This document shows, piece after piece, positions 1-12,800 of a stretch of DNA of 64,000 nucleotides. Every line of letters begins with the position of its first letter. The first letter of the stretch is position 1. The position numbers and the translations under genes are program-made. The stretch is from Macrostomum lignano (lineage: Eukaryota): assembly GCA_002269645.1 (NCBI GenBank), contig NIVC01000126.1, positions 1 through 64,000 of the forward strand, in the 5' to 3' direction. The notes beneath the pieces are model-generated. The model ran no database searches and was not told the origin of the DNA. It saw only the letters and a program-made list of their open reading frames with translations.

Positions 1-272
1 TCCAGACAGCTCATAGAGTGACTCACTCATTCCGACAGCTTCATAGAGTGACTCACTCATTACCAGACAGCTCATAGAGTGACTCACTCATTCTCAGACA
101 GCTCCATAGAGTGACTCACTCATTACCAGACAGCTCATAGAGTGACTCACTGCATTACCAGACAGCTCATAGAGTGACTCACTCATTCGCAGACAGCTCA
201 ATATGAGTGACTCACTCATTACCAGACAGCTCATAGTGACTCACTCATTACCAGACAGCTCAGAGAGTGACT
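1..272 (+). repeat. 31-bp minisatellite CATTACCAGACAGCTCATAGAGTGACTCACT
   Basis: About 9 tandem copies with scattered single-base indels. Confidence 0.95.
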
Positions 273-277
273 GACAC

Positions 278-831
278 GCAGGACATCCAGGAGCAGCAGC
301 TACCAGGCAAAGCGGCCTACGCACAGTCTGGAGCTCGCTAATTTCCTGCCATTGTCGCCGCCGCAGCTGCACCGCTGGGTGAGCTCGCTGCCTAGCAACA
401 GTCGGCGCATTCGTGACACCTGAGCGGCTGATCGGCGTGCAGGCGCAATCTCGCCGGCTCTGTTCTGGCGTCGCAGGCGTGGCTGTAGTGAACCAGCTTG
501 GCCTGACAGCCGCGACTGGCTCGGCAAGACCCACCAGCTGGACGGCAGTCGACAGGCGTTCCACTTGGCGGCTCGTAGGCGCAGCGCGGCCGAAAATGTC
601 GGACATCTGCTGACAATCGGAGTCGTCAGCCGGACAGCCGCAGGTGGCCGCGTCGTTGGCGAACCGATCCGCGTAGGCGTAGAAGGCTTCGAGCTGGCCG
701 AGGCAGAGGGCGCGGTCGCGACAGGACCCGGCGGCCGGACATCCACTCGCAGGCCTGGGCCAGGGCGATGAAGCGTTGGAGACAGTCGAAATGTCGAACG
801 CAGCTCTGGTAGACTTCGAAACAGTTGGCCG
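278..831 (-). CDS. GFRa-like exon carrying domains 5 and 6 (several frameshifts)
   Basis: ccctcgcag|CG GCC AAC TGT; segments ANCFEVYQSCVRHFDCLQRFIALAQACEW / SCRDRALCLGQLEAFYAYADRFANDAATCGCPADDSDCQQMSDI / FRPRCAYEPPSGTPVDCRPAGGSCRASRGCQAKLVHYSHACD / MRRLLLGSELTQRCSCGGD lie in alternating frames. Lower boundary approximate. Confidence 0.7.
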
Positions 832-3800
832 CTGCGAGGGTGTTTTTAATTGGGGGGGGGGTGATTCACTCATTCACAGATGAACTTATAGGGATTCACA
901 TATTCACAGATGCTGATGGAGTGATTCACTCATTCACAGATGCTGATGGAGTGATGCACTCATTCACAGATGAACTTATAGGGATTCACATATTCACAGA
1001 TTCTGATGGAGTGATTCACTCATTCACAGATGAACTTATAGGGATTCACATATTCACAAATCCTGATGGAGTGATTCACTCACTCACAGATGCTGATGGA
1101 GTGATTCACTCATTCACAGATGCTGATGGAGTGATTCACTCATTCACAGATGCTGATGGAGTGATTCACTCATTCACAGATGCTGATGGAGTGATTCACT
1201 CATTCACAGATGCTGATGGAGTGATTCACTCATTTAAAGATGCTGATGGAGTGATTCACTCATTTAAAGATGCTGATGGAGTGATTCACTCATTCACAGA
1301 TGCTGATGGAGTGATTCACTCATTCACAGATGCTGATGGAGTGATTCACTCATTCACAGATGCTGATGGACTGATTCACTTTTACAATTGATTCATTTTG
1401 CTCTACTCATAGTGCATTATTTAGTGTTTAAAACTTCATTCTTACATTTGATCAACTGAAATGCTGAAGGATGAATAACCGATGCGCCTACGCTAGACTT
1501 GACAACGGCTTCTGAATCTGGCGACTTTCTGTCATCGTCTGGACTGCCAGCACCGATTTGCTGCTGCGGATCCTTGGACGACTTCGGGTGCAACAGACCG
1601 ATATTGTAGGCGTCGTTGAAGAATCCTGGCGTCGGGTGGAGGGTTCAGACTTCAGACACATCCTGGCATGCACTTTAAGCCCTCAGGTGTGTCTATATCA
1701 GCCCTCAGGTGTGTCTATATCAGCCCTCAGGTGTGTTTATATTAGCCCTCAGGTGTCTCTATATTAGCCTCAGGTGTGTCTATATTAGCCCTCAGGTGTC
1801 TATATCAGCCCTCAGGTGTCTATATTAGCCCTCAGGTGTGTCTATATTAGCCCTCAGGTGTGTCTATATCAGCCCTCAGGTGTCTATATTAGCCCGCAGG
1901 TGTGTCTATATCAGCCCTCAGGTGTCTATATTAGCCCTCAGGTGTCTATATAAGCCCTCAGGTGTCTATATCAGCCCTCAGGTGTGTCTTTATCAGCCCT
2001 CAGGTGTGTCTATATCAGCCCTCAGGTGTCTATATCAGCCCTCAGGTGTGTCTATATTTGCCCTCAGGTGTCTATATCAGCCTTCAGGTGTCTATATAAG
2101 CCCTCAGGTGTGTCTATATAAGCCCTCAGGTGTGTCTATATTCGCCATCAGGTGTTATCTATATAAGCCCTCAGGTGTCTGTATCAGCCTTCAGGTGTTT
2201 ATATTACCCCTCAGGTGTGTCTATATCAGCCCTCAGGTGTGATTATTAGCCCTCAGGTGTGTTTATATTAGCCCTCAGGTGTGTCTATATTAGCCTCAGT
2301 TGTGTCTTCATTAGCCATCAGGTGTGTCTATTTAAGCCCTAAGGTGTGTCTATATTAGCCCTCAGGTGTGTCTATATTAGCCCTCAGGTGTGTCTATATT
2401 AGCCTTCAGGTGTGTCTATATTAGCCCTCAGGTGTCTCCATATCAGCCCTCAGGTGTCTATATTAGTCCTCAGGTGTGTCTATATTAGCCTTCAGGTGTG
2501 TCTATATTAGCCCTCAGGTGTCTCCATATCAGCCCTCAGGTGTCTATATTAGCCATCAGTAATATAGAATAGCCCTCGCTCACTTAAGCAAACATTTCCC
2601 GGATAAACGCGTCGAATCCTATCGCACTGCAATCTCTCAGCGCGAGTATAGTTCAGACAGGTGCAGGGTATCAAGCCGTGATTCCGCAGGGCTTCGTAAG
2701 ACTGCAGGCAGGCTGCCCGTTGGCCGGGCACTTGCTGATATCGTCGAAGCCGCACCTGTCCTGAAAGGCTCTGGCGTCCGCTGCGCAGGTCGGATTGTCG
2801 AAGCAGCGACTTCGCCTCTCCAAGCAGCTGCCGCCGCGGCCATCGTCTGGCAGAGGCTCCGACTCGAGCTGCCTGATTTTGGCCAGGTAAGCGGCAGCTG
2901 AGCTGGCTAAGCTGCTGTTGCTTTTTAGGTTGTTGCTGCTTTCGCTATTGCTGCTTTTACTTGTATCGGTAAGGACGTCCGTTGAAGGGGCAACTACAAA
3001 GAATTAGAGTAGTTCAAATCGAAATTTTACTGATAAAATAAAAAATTCTGTTTGATTGATCAACACTCTACTTATAGTAGCTTGAAGACGCTACTGTTTA
3101 GATAAAATGATCAGGCTTCGCTTCGGCCCATAGAGCTCACAAGCAGTTCGCGAACATAGATAAGTGGGGAATGATGTATTTACTACACTTGGACCGGTGC
3201 CATAAACTGCAGAAACGTATTTATTCCCAACTTGGGAATAAAGTAGTCGATGCCCGGGCATGGATGAATTCATTCATCCATGTGCCCGGGCCCAAGTAGA
3301 AAATAAAGAGACGGAAGAAGCAATTAAAGTTTCTCTGCCATTTCTCTTCTCATTCTAGCTGGTCATGCATGTTGAGTTAACGGACCCGAGCACAAAACGC
3401 AGAATGCATGATGTATAACAGTTTCTGCTGATCATAGCACCGCACACACACAGCGAGACTGCAACCTCTCAAAAGGCCCTCGCTCCTTGACAAACGTTCG
3501 AAGCCGTGGATAGAAGAGAAATTGGGGAAAACCTCGGCCCCAGAAAAGAAGAGACGATTGCTAGATTCAATTAGGTGTCCCCGGGAGCTAGGCTAGGGGT
3601 GAGAGAGTGGGGGCTTGAAGAGGGTGACGGAGGAATAGGAAAAAGGGGAAAAGTGGCGGCCCCTCTAACGACCCAAGATAACACTGGTGAGGGGGTTCGC
3701 TTCGTTCCTGTTTGGCTTTCACTAATGCGCCTGCTATTTCCTTATGCCAGCACGCTGCATAACAAATATACATGTTAACTATATATTCAGTTTAAAAGCA

Positions 3801-6800
3801 TGTGCAAGAGCTGAATTGAAAACAAAATAGGACGGCAGGCAAAGTAAAGGACAATAAAGGACAATTTGGAAGAAGTGGGTTGACCTCTTTAGACGAAATA
3901 CCGCCTGCTACGACATTTATTTGTGTCCGTCATGAAAATTTCTGATTTGCGAATATTTTTACGCAACATATCGCCAAACTTGTTCTATTTAATTTAGTAG
4001 CCTCGGTTAAACATCTGTGTAAGATCAGAAGCTAATGTATGGCGCCAATATATTATTGACTAATTCAAATAGCCTAATAGCTAATATATGGTGCCAATGA
4101 ATTATTGACTAATTCTAATAGCCTAATAGCTAATATATGGTGCCAATGAATTATTGACTAATTCTAATAGCCTAATAAGCTAATATTGCGCCAGTATAAC
4201 ATTGACCAATTCTAACTGCCTAAGAAGATAATATAAGAGCCTCTCAAACTACACATACGACTCAATTTGACACAATCTAGAATCTGTGCCTAAAGATCTT
4301 TAATGAGGCTTAAGGAGACCGTTGGCTGAATCATTGCGATAAAGCGTAAGCCCTTTCGATCCCAGCAAGTCTTCAACTATCTGAGCCTATAAGCTCAGGC
4401 TCCAATGGCCAGCCGTAAGCCACATTGCATGCAGTTATTATCAATTTGATTCATCAGCAATGTCAAAACCGCGCGCTGGCTTCGAGCTGCAATTTGACAG
4501 GTGAATTTTCGCTTCTGTGGATTCATCTGCGCCACGACGCGTGGTTTGGCCACGGCTCAGCGATTGTTAGATATGATTTATTATTCTCGGTGAGACATAT
4601 TCCTATTAAAACTCCAGTTATCTAAGAGAATATATCGATTTTACGAAACAGGCTGTCACGCGCACAGCTGCGAAAATTTTTAATTCTTGGAGAACAGAGA
4701 GGCGCCATGGAGAACAGAGAGGCGCCATGGAGAACAGAGAGAGGCGCCATGGGGAACAGAGAGAGGCGCCATGGGGAACAGAGAGAGGCGCCATGGGGAA
4801 CACAGAGAAGCGCCATGGGGAACACAGAGAAGCGCCATGGGGAACAGAGAGAGGCGCCATGGGGAACAGAGAGAGGCGCCATGGGGAACAGAGAGAGGCG
4901 CCATGGGGAACAGAGAGAAGCGCCATGGGGAACAGAGAGAGGCGCCATGGGGAACAGAGAGAGGCGCCATGGGGAACAGAGAGAGGCGCCATGGGGAACA
5001 GAGAGAAGCGCCATGGGGAACAGAGAGAGGCGCCATGGGGAACAGAGAGAGGCGCCATGGGGAACAGAGAGAGGCGCCATGGGGAACAGAGAGAAGCGCC
5101 ATGGGGAACAGAGAGAAGCGCCATGGGGAACAGAGAGAAGCGCCATGGGGAACAGAGAGAGGCGCCATGGGAAACAGAGAGAGGCGCCATGGGAAACAGA
5201 GAGAGGCGCCATGGGAAACAGAGAGAGGCGCCATGGGGAACAGAGAGAGGCGCCATGGGGAACAGAGAGAGGCGCCATGGGGAACAGAGAGAAGCGCCAT
5301 GGGGAACAGAGAGAGGCGCCATGGGGAACAGAGAGAGGCGCCATGGGGAACAGAGAGGCGCCATGGGGAACAGGGGAATGGGATCTGTCTGCATGAAGAA
5401 CAGGGGAATGGGATCTGTCTGCATGGGGAACAGGGGAATGGGATCTGTCTGCATGGGGAACAGGGGAATGGGATCTGTCTGCATGGGGAACAGGGGAATG
5501 GGATCTGTCTGCATGGGGAACAGGGGAATGGGATCTGTCTGCATGGGGAACAGGGGAATGGGATCTGTCTGCATGGGGAACAGGGGAATGGGATCTGTCT
5601 GCATGGGGAACAGGGGACAGGAGTACCATGGGAACAAAACTGGGCAAAAACTAAACATCGGCTTCAGTTCACATCAGGCCATCGAATTCCCGTCAACTAG
5701 CCTTCTCAAATCCTTGAGCGCATCAGGAACTGACCAATTTAAATCCATTTCCTCCCAGTGCCAAACTGAAGCAAAAAAGCAAATTTATACTTCCTGTTCT
5801 GCTGAGTAGCCAGCAAGATCTGTCATCTTTAAAGAGGCTGCCCGTGGCAAACCACGAGAGACATTTCTTGTGCTCAGAACTCTATTACGACCTGTCTTGA
5901 CATTTTCCCCTGCTCAAAACTCATTCTGCGCATAGACGGAATTCCTGATTGGCAGAGAGCTTTAGGAAGACTTCTTCGACAAAAAAGGGAGAGTGGAATG
6001 AATATTGAAGGGGATTTTTGTGAACCCCTCCTCCCGCTCTCCTACAAGCAGCGGATGACTCATGGTTGAAAGTTCCTGTGAGGCACCGCCAGAGAGTGAA
6101 AGCTCCAGCGAGATGGAGAAATATTTGGTAATGCGGCTGGCTGACATTCAGGAAGCATCTGGGCTCATATCTTTTGCTGTAAGGTGCGTGCCGTCCAGTC
6201 CAGTGGAGTGCTTGAATAATTATCTAATCCTACATTTTACCTCCTTGCTTTTCTTTGCATTCGTATCTCATTTCTTAATTTCTGTGTTTAGTTTTTTATT
6301 AGATTTTCAATAGTCTCTCAGACTCTCTTTTAGTCTATTCTAATGTGTCTAAAGATCTAATCTAGTCCAGCTTCTCAGAATCTACCCGAAGTCTCTCAGA
6401 TTCTACATTCTACATTCTACAGTCTCAGAATCTACCCGAAGGCTATCCAAGTCTATTCTCTCCAAATCTGCTCTAGTCTCTCAGAATCTACTCTAGTCTC
6501 TCAGAATCTACTCTAGTCTCTCAGAATCTACTCTAGTCTCTCAGAATCTACTCTAGTCTCTCAGAATCTACTCTAGTCTCTCACAATCTACTCTAATATC
6601 TCAGAATGTACTCTAGTCTCTCAGAGTCTACTCTAGTGTCTCCGAATCTACTCTAATCTCTCAGAATCTACTCTAGTCTCTCAGAAATTACTCAAGAGTT
6701 TAGAATATATTCTAATCTCTTAGAATCTACCCGAAGTGTATCCAAGTCTATTCTCTCAAAATCTGCTTTAGTCTCTCGAAGTCTACTCTAATCTCTCAAA

Positions 6801-9800
6801 ATCTACTGTAATCTCTCAGAATTTACTCTAGTCTCTCAGAATCTACTCTAGTGTCTCTCAGAATCTACTCTAATCTCTCAAAATCTACTCTAATCTCTCA
6901 GATTTACTCTAGTCTCTCAGAATCTACTCTAATGTCTCAGAATCTACACTAGTGTCTCAGAATCTACTCTAGTATCTCATAATCTACTTTAGTCTCTCGA
7001 AGTCTACTCTAATATCTCAGAATTTACTCTAGTCTCTCAGAATCTACTCTAGTGTCTCCGAATCCACTCTTATCTCTCAAAATCTACTCTAGTCTCTTAG
7101 AATCTACTCTAGTCTCTTAGAATCTACTTTAGTCTCTTAGAATCTTCTCTAGTCTCTCAGAATCTGCTCTAATCTCTCAAAATCTACTTTAATCTCTCAG
7201 AATTTACTCTAGTCGATCAGAATATACTCTAACGTCTCTCAGAATCTACTCTAATGTATCAGAATCTACTCTTAATGTCTCTCAGAATCTACTATGGTCT
7301 CTCAGAATCTACTCTCGAAATCTACACTCGTCTCTCACCTTTAAAACTCTCTACCTACATCCGTATCCGTGTAAATATAGAAGGTGCTCGGCACATTCAA
7401 CAGCTTGACAAAACAGCCTAGGCGAATGTGGGCAAGTATGGGCTGAAAGCTTCAAGCATTCCAGCCTTGGCATTCCAAACTGACCGGGCAGTCAGACAAG
7501 GCGTTTTTGACAAACTCGCAGTTTTTTCGGAATTTTCTCTCGCAGCTTTAGGCTTCTTGTACAAAGAGCTTATAATTGGCGTTTCTTTTTCGTTTGACTC
7601 GCTTGTCCCCCGCTGTCTAAGATGGGTAATATTATATTTTGTCTGTTGCCATGCATAGCACTCACTAGGGGATTGGCTTCCCAAGGAAGAATGCAGTCCG
7701 AATAGCCTCGTTTCGGGTCTAACAGAGGCGCCAAAACCGCGCACACACACACACACAAGACAAGTCGTAGCTGCCTTGAATCCACTTAACTTTCGATTGA
7801 GGATCGCCGACAAAAGAGAATAAAGCATTCGGCTATCCACTTGACTTTGAGTTGGAGTTGGGTTAAAATTCTACTATTAATTGAAAAAAATAGACTGCAA
7901 AACTCTCGAGCTCTCAGAAGACAGCCAATGCAGAAATTTTAGTTCAGATAAAAAAGATAACTAATCCCTCGTAGTTCTTGATCTAGTCACAGAATCTACT
8001 CTAGTCTCACCGATTTTGCCTAATCTATTCTAGTGTATCTCAAGATCTAATCTATTCTGGTCTCTGACTATCTACTTTAGTTTTTCGGAACCTATTCTAG
8101 TCTCTTAGTGTCTACTCTAATCTCTCATTATCTACTCTAGTCTCTCATTTCTACTTTAGTCTCTCATTATCTACTCTAATCTCTCATTATCTACTCTAAT
8201 CTCTCATTATCTACTCTAGTCTCTCATTATCTACTCTAGTCTCTCATTTCTACTTTAGTCTCTCATTATCTACTCTAGTCTCTCATTATCTACTCTAGTC
8301 TCTCATTATCTACTCTAGTCTCTCATTTCTACTTTAGTCTCTCATTATCTACTCTAGTCTCTCATTATCTACTCTAGTCTCTCATTATCTACTCTAGTCT
8401 CTCATTATCTACTCTAGTCTCTCATTATCTACTCTAGTCTCTCATTTCTACTTTAGTCTCTCATTATCTACTCTAGTCTCTCATTATCTACTCTAGTCTC
8501 TCATTTCTACTTTAGTCTCTCATTATCTACTCTAGTCTCTCATTATCTACTCTAGTCTCTCATTTCTACTTTAGTCTCTCATTATCTACTCTAGTCTCTC
8601 ATTATCTACTCTAGTCTCTCATTTCTACTTTAGTCTCTCATTATCTACTCTAGTCTCTCATTATCTACTCTAGTCTCTCATTATCTACTCTAGTCTCTCA
8701 TTATCTACTCTAGTCTCTCATTATCTATTCTAGTCTCTCATTTCTACTTTAGTCTCTCATTATCTACTTTAGTCTCTCATTATCTACTCTAGTCTCTCAT
8801 TATCTACTCTAGTCTCTCATTTCTACTTTAGTCTCTCATTATCTACTCTAGTCTCTCATTATCTACTCTAGTCTCTCATTTCTACTTTAGTCTCTCATTA
8901 TCTACTCTAGTCTCTCATTATCTACTCTAGTCTCTCATTTCTACTTTAGTCTCTCATTATCTACTCTAATCTCTCATTATCTACTCTAGTCTCTCATTTC
9001 TACTTTAGTCTCTCATTATCTACTCTAGTCTCTCATTATCTACTCTAGTCTCTCATTATCTACTCTAGTCTCTCATTATCTACTCTAGTCTCTCATTATC
9101 TATTCTAGTCTCTCATTTCTACTTTAGTCTCTCATTATCTACTCTAGTCTCTCATTTCTACTTTAGTCTCTCATTATCTACTCTAGTCTCTCATTATCTA
9201 CTCTAGTCTCTCATTATCTACTCTAGTCTCTCATTATCTACTCTAGTCTCTCATTATCTACTCTAGTCTCTCATTATCTATTCTAGTCTCTCATAATCTA
9301 TTCTAGTCTCCCAGACTCTAATCTAGTGTCTCAGAATCTACTCTGGTCTCTCAGTGCCTAATCTAGTCGCTTAGAGTTGAATCTAGTCTCTCAGAATCAT
9401 CATAATTTTACTGCTCATAATTTTAGACGAGAGCCTCATACTTATTTTCTATAAAGATTCGTTAGAAAGACAAAATTTATGAATACTTTAATTATGAGAA
9501 AAATTACAATATTATAAATATGCTAGTTTGTGCACACTGAGAATTTTTTTAGAGCTGTATACTAACTTCACGTGGTCGAGTTTCTATTCCAAATCTTCGT
9601 TTAAAGGTGTCCACGGCAGGAGGAGCCGATAGGAGAATAGCAAATTGTGGACGGAGTGCAAGCTGGAGTTTCTGCTTTTTTATTTCGTTTCAAATTTGAC
9701 TCTTGGCCAGGGTTGAACACTTTATAGCATAACATAGTTATTAATAGCTGCTGTAGCTATTGGGCTGGCACATTTTCACTTTCCTAATTAATCAATATAG

Positions 9801-12800
9801 TAGAATAGTCTGATCTGATCTAATCTAATCTAATCTCTATGAATCTATACATTTTTCATTTTATTAAATGATTTATTCATTATCTAGCTCTATCTACCAG
9901 CTCGTAGTATGACCTCATCCAATCTAGTGTGATCTTATCTCATCTCATCTAATCTAGTGTGATCTTATCTCATCTCATCTAATCTAGAATGATCTTATCT
10001 CATCTCATCCAATCTAGTGTGACCTTATCTCATCTCATCTAATCTAGTGTGACTTTATCTCATCTCATCCAATTTAGTGTGACCTTATCTCATCTAATCT
10101 TATCTTATCAACTTTTTTCATCCGATTACATATGATCTAATCTTATTATCTATTCTTTCAGAACACGCAGAGATCCGATGACATATAACTTTATAAGCCA
10201 TTCCAGTAGCAGAGTTTCATATTTAACAAGATAGATCAGTCAGTTGCGACATTCACAAGCTGCATAATTATCGAGGCCAAGCAATACCAACCAACTCTAC
10301 CAGCCCCCGCTGATCGGGCAGATCATTAAGGTACGGCGGCGTCTGCGACGATCCAGCCCCTCGCTATTACCGGTAGTAGCTATGCATCGATTTGCAATAC
10401 CTCGCAGACATACGGCAGAAGCGAAGAGGCAAAGGTTGTATGGAGATTATTCTAATAAAACTGAATATGGCGGGCTGCCACAAAGGACCCCCCTCATCCC
10501 AGGGAGGGATCTTGATCTATCAATCTATAGAGGCCCATCTGTTTGATCTGTCACTCTCTTTGATAAATGTATGCTTTGCTGTTAGAGAGGCTGCAGCGGT
10601 GTCATTAACCAATGTATATGATAGCTTGCCAGAGTTGTTAGCGATTGAGATGTGCTAGACTAGGCTGGACTAAATAGATGTCAGGTACATTTAGGCGGAT
10701 AGGTAGGTAGACAGGTAGGCAGGCAGTTAGGTGGGAAGTCAGGTAGGTAGGTATAGGTAGGCAGGTAGAGAGGTAGGTAGGCAGGTAGGTAGTTAGGCAG
10801 CCAGGCATGTAGATAGTCAGGTAGGTAGGTACATGTAGGTAGATAGGTAGATAGGCAAGTAGATAGGCAGGTAGGCAGGTAGGCAGGTAGATAGGTAGGT
10901 AGGCAGGTAGGTAGCTAGGCAGGTAGGCAGGTAGGCAGGTAGGCAGGTAGATAGGCAAGTAGGCAGGTAGGCAGGTAGGCAAGGTAGGTAGGCAGGTAGA
11001 TAGGCAGGTAGGCAGGTAGGCAGGTAGGCAAGGTAGTAGGCAGGTAGATAGGCAAGTAGGCAGGTAGGCAGGTAGGCAAGGTAGGTAGGCAGGTAGATAG
11101 GCAGGTAGGCAGGTAGGCAGGTAGATAGGCAAGTAGGCAGGTAGGCAAGGTAGGTAGGCAGGTAGATAGGCAAGTAGGCAGGTAGGCAGGTAGGCAAGGT
11201 AGGTAGGCAGGTAGATAGGCAGGTAGGCAGGTAGGTAGGCAGGTAGGCAGGTAGATAGGTAGGTAGGCAGGTAGGTAGGTAGGCAAGGTAGGTAGGCAGG
11301 TAGATAGGCAAGTAGGCAGGTAGGCAGGTAGGCAAGGTAGGTAGGTAGGCAGGTAGATAGGCAGGTAGGCAGGTAGGCAGGTTGGCAGGTAGATAGGTAG
11401 GTAGGCAGGTAGGTAGGTAGGTAGGTAGGTAGACAAGTAGGCAGGTAGGTAGGTAGGTAGGTAGGTAGACAATTAGGCAGGTAAGCAGGTAGGCAGGTAG
11501 GCAGGTAGGCAGGTAGGCAGGTAGGTAGGTAGGTAGGTAGACAAGTAGGCAGGTAGGCAGGTAGGCAGGTAGGTAGGTAGGTAGGTAGACAAGTAGGCAG
11601 ACAGGCAGGTAGGCAGGTAGGCAGGTAGGCAGGTAGGCAGGTAGGCAGGTAGGCAGGTAGGTAGGTAGGTAGGTAGACAAGTAGGCAGACAGGCAGGTAG
11701 GCAGGTAGGCAGGTAGGCAGGTAGGCAGGTAGGCAGGTAGGCAGGTAGGCAGGTAGGCAGGTAGGTAGGTAGGTAGGTAGACAAGTAGGCAGACAGGCAG
11801 GTAGGCAGGTAGGCAGGTAGGCAGGTAGGCAGGTAGGTAATAACAAGAGCAAACCTGGCAGTCGCACGCCGCCAGGAGCAGACCTGCCGGCCGCCAGCTT
11901 GCAGGGATGGTTGAACAGGTATTCCCAGACATTCATGCAGCGCGTTAGTTCGCTTGGCGGTTCGATGGACTTGGGGCAGAAGCACTCCAGGCCCGGTTCC
12001 ATCTTGTGCAAGTTGTTCAGGTGTTCCAAACAGATTTCCAACTCGTTCGGCAGCTCCAGCTGGCATTTTCCGACTGCGAATGGTATAAAAAAAACCTCAT
12101 CGTTTATTACAGGTTTCGGATTAGCCATCTTTATTGCCTGTATTTTTGCACTTTAGCAGCAGCACATCAAATCCCAGCCAAACTAACAGCTGATCTTCTC
12201 TCCCATGGGTTGAGAACTGCAAGAGGCCAGTGAGGCCAGTGAGCTCCATAATCCATAGGCTGGCTAAAAAGAAGCTGACACTTCGAGCTGCTGAATAATA
12301 ATCTCCTGAGATAGGAACTGCTGGTACTAACGTTCCTCTAGACATAACAGACAGACAGGATGTTAATTTGTTCTATTACTACATTCCATGATGTTGGCTA
12401 GATTAGCAATCCATTCTATTCATTTTTCTGTAATGCTGGCTAGATTAGCTATCCATTATATTCCTTCATCTGTGATGTTGGCTATAGATTAGCAATCCAT
12501 TCTATTCATTTATCTGTGATGTTGGCTATAGATTAGCAATCCATTCTATTCATTTATCTGTGATGTTGGCTATAGATTAGCAATCCATTCTATTCATTTA
12601 TCTGTGATGTTGGCTATAGATTAGCAATCCATTCTATTCATTCATCTGTGATGTTGGCTATAGATTAGCAATCCATTCTATTCCTTCATCTGTGATGTTG
12701 GCTATAGATTAGCAATCCATTCTATTCCTTCATCTGTGATGTTGGATAAACTAGTTTCTAGCAATCCACCCAGCTAAGCATGCCACGGAGGCCGAAGAGG

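Noticed and set aside
5640-6230. Coding-looking stretch (…CSKLILRIDGIPDWQRALGRLL…) on plus
   Set aside because: Short open segments separated by stops, no recognisable family and no splice context.
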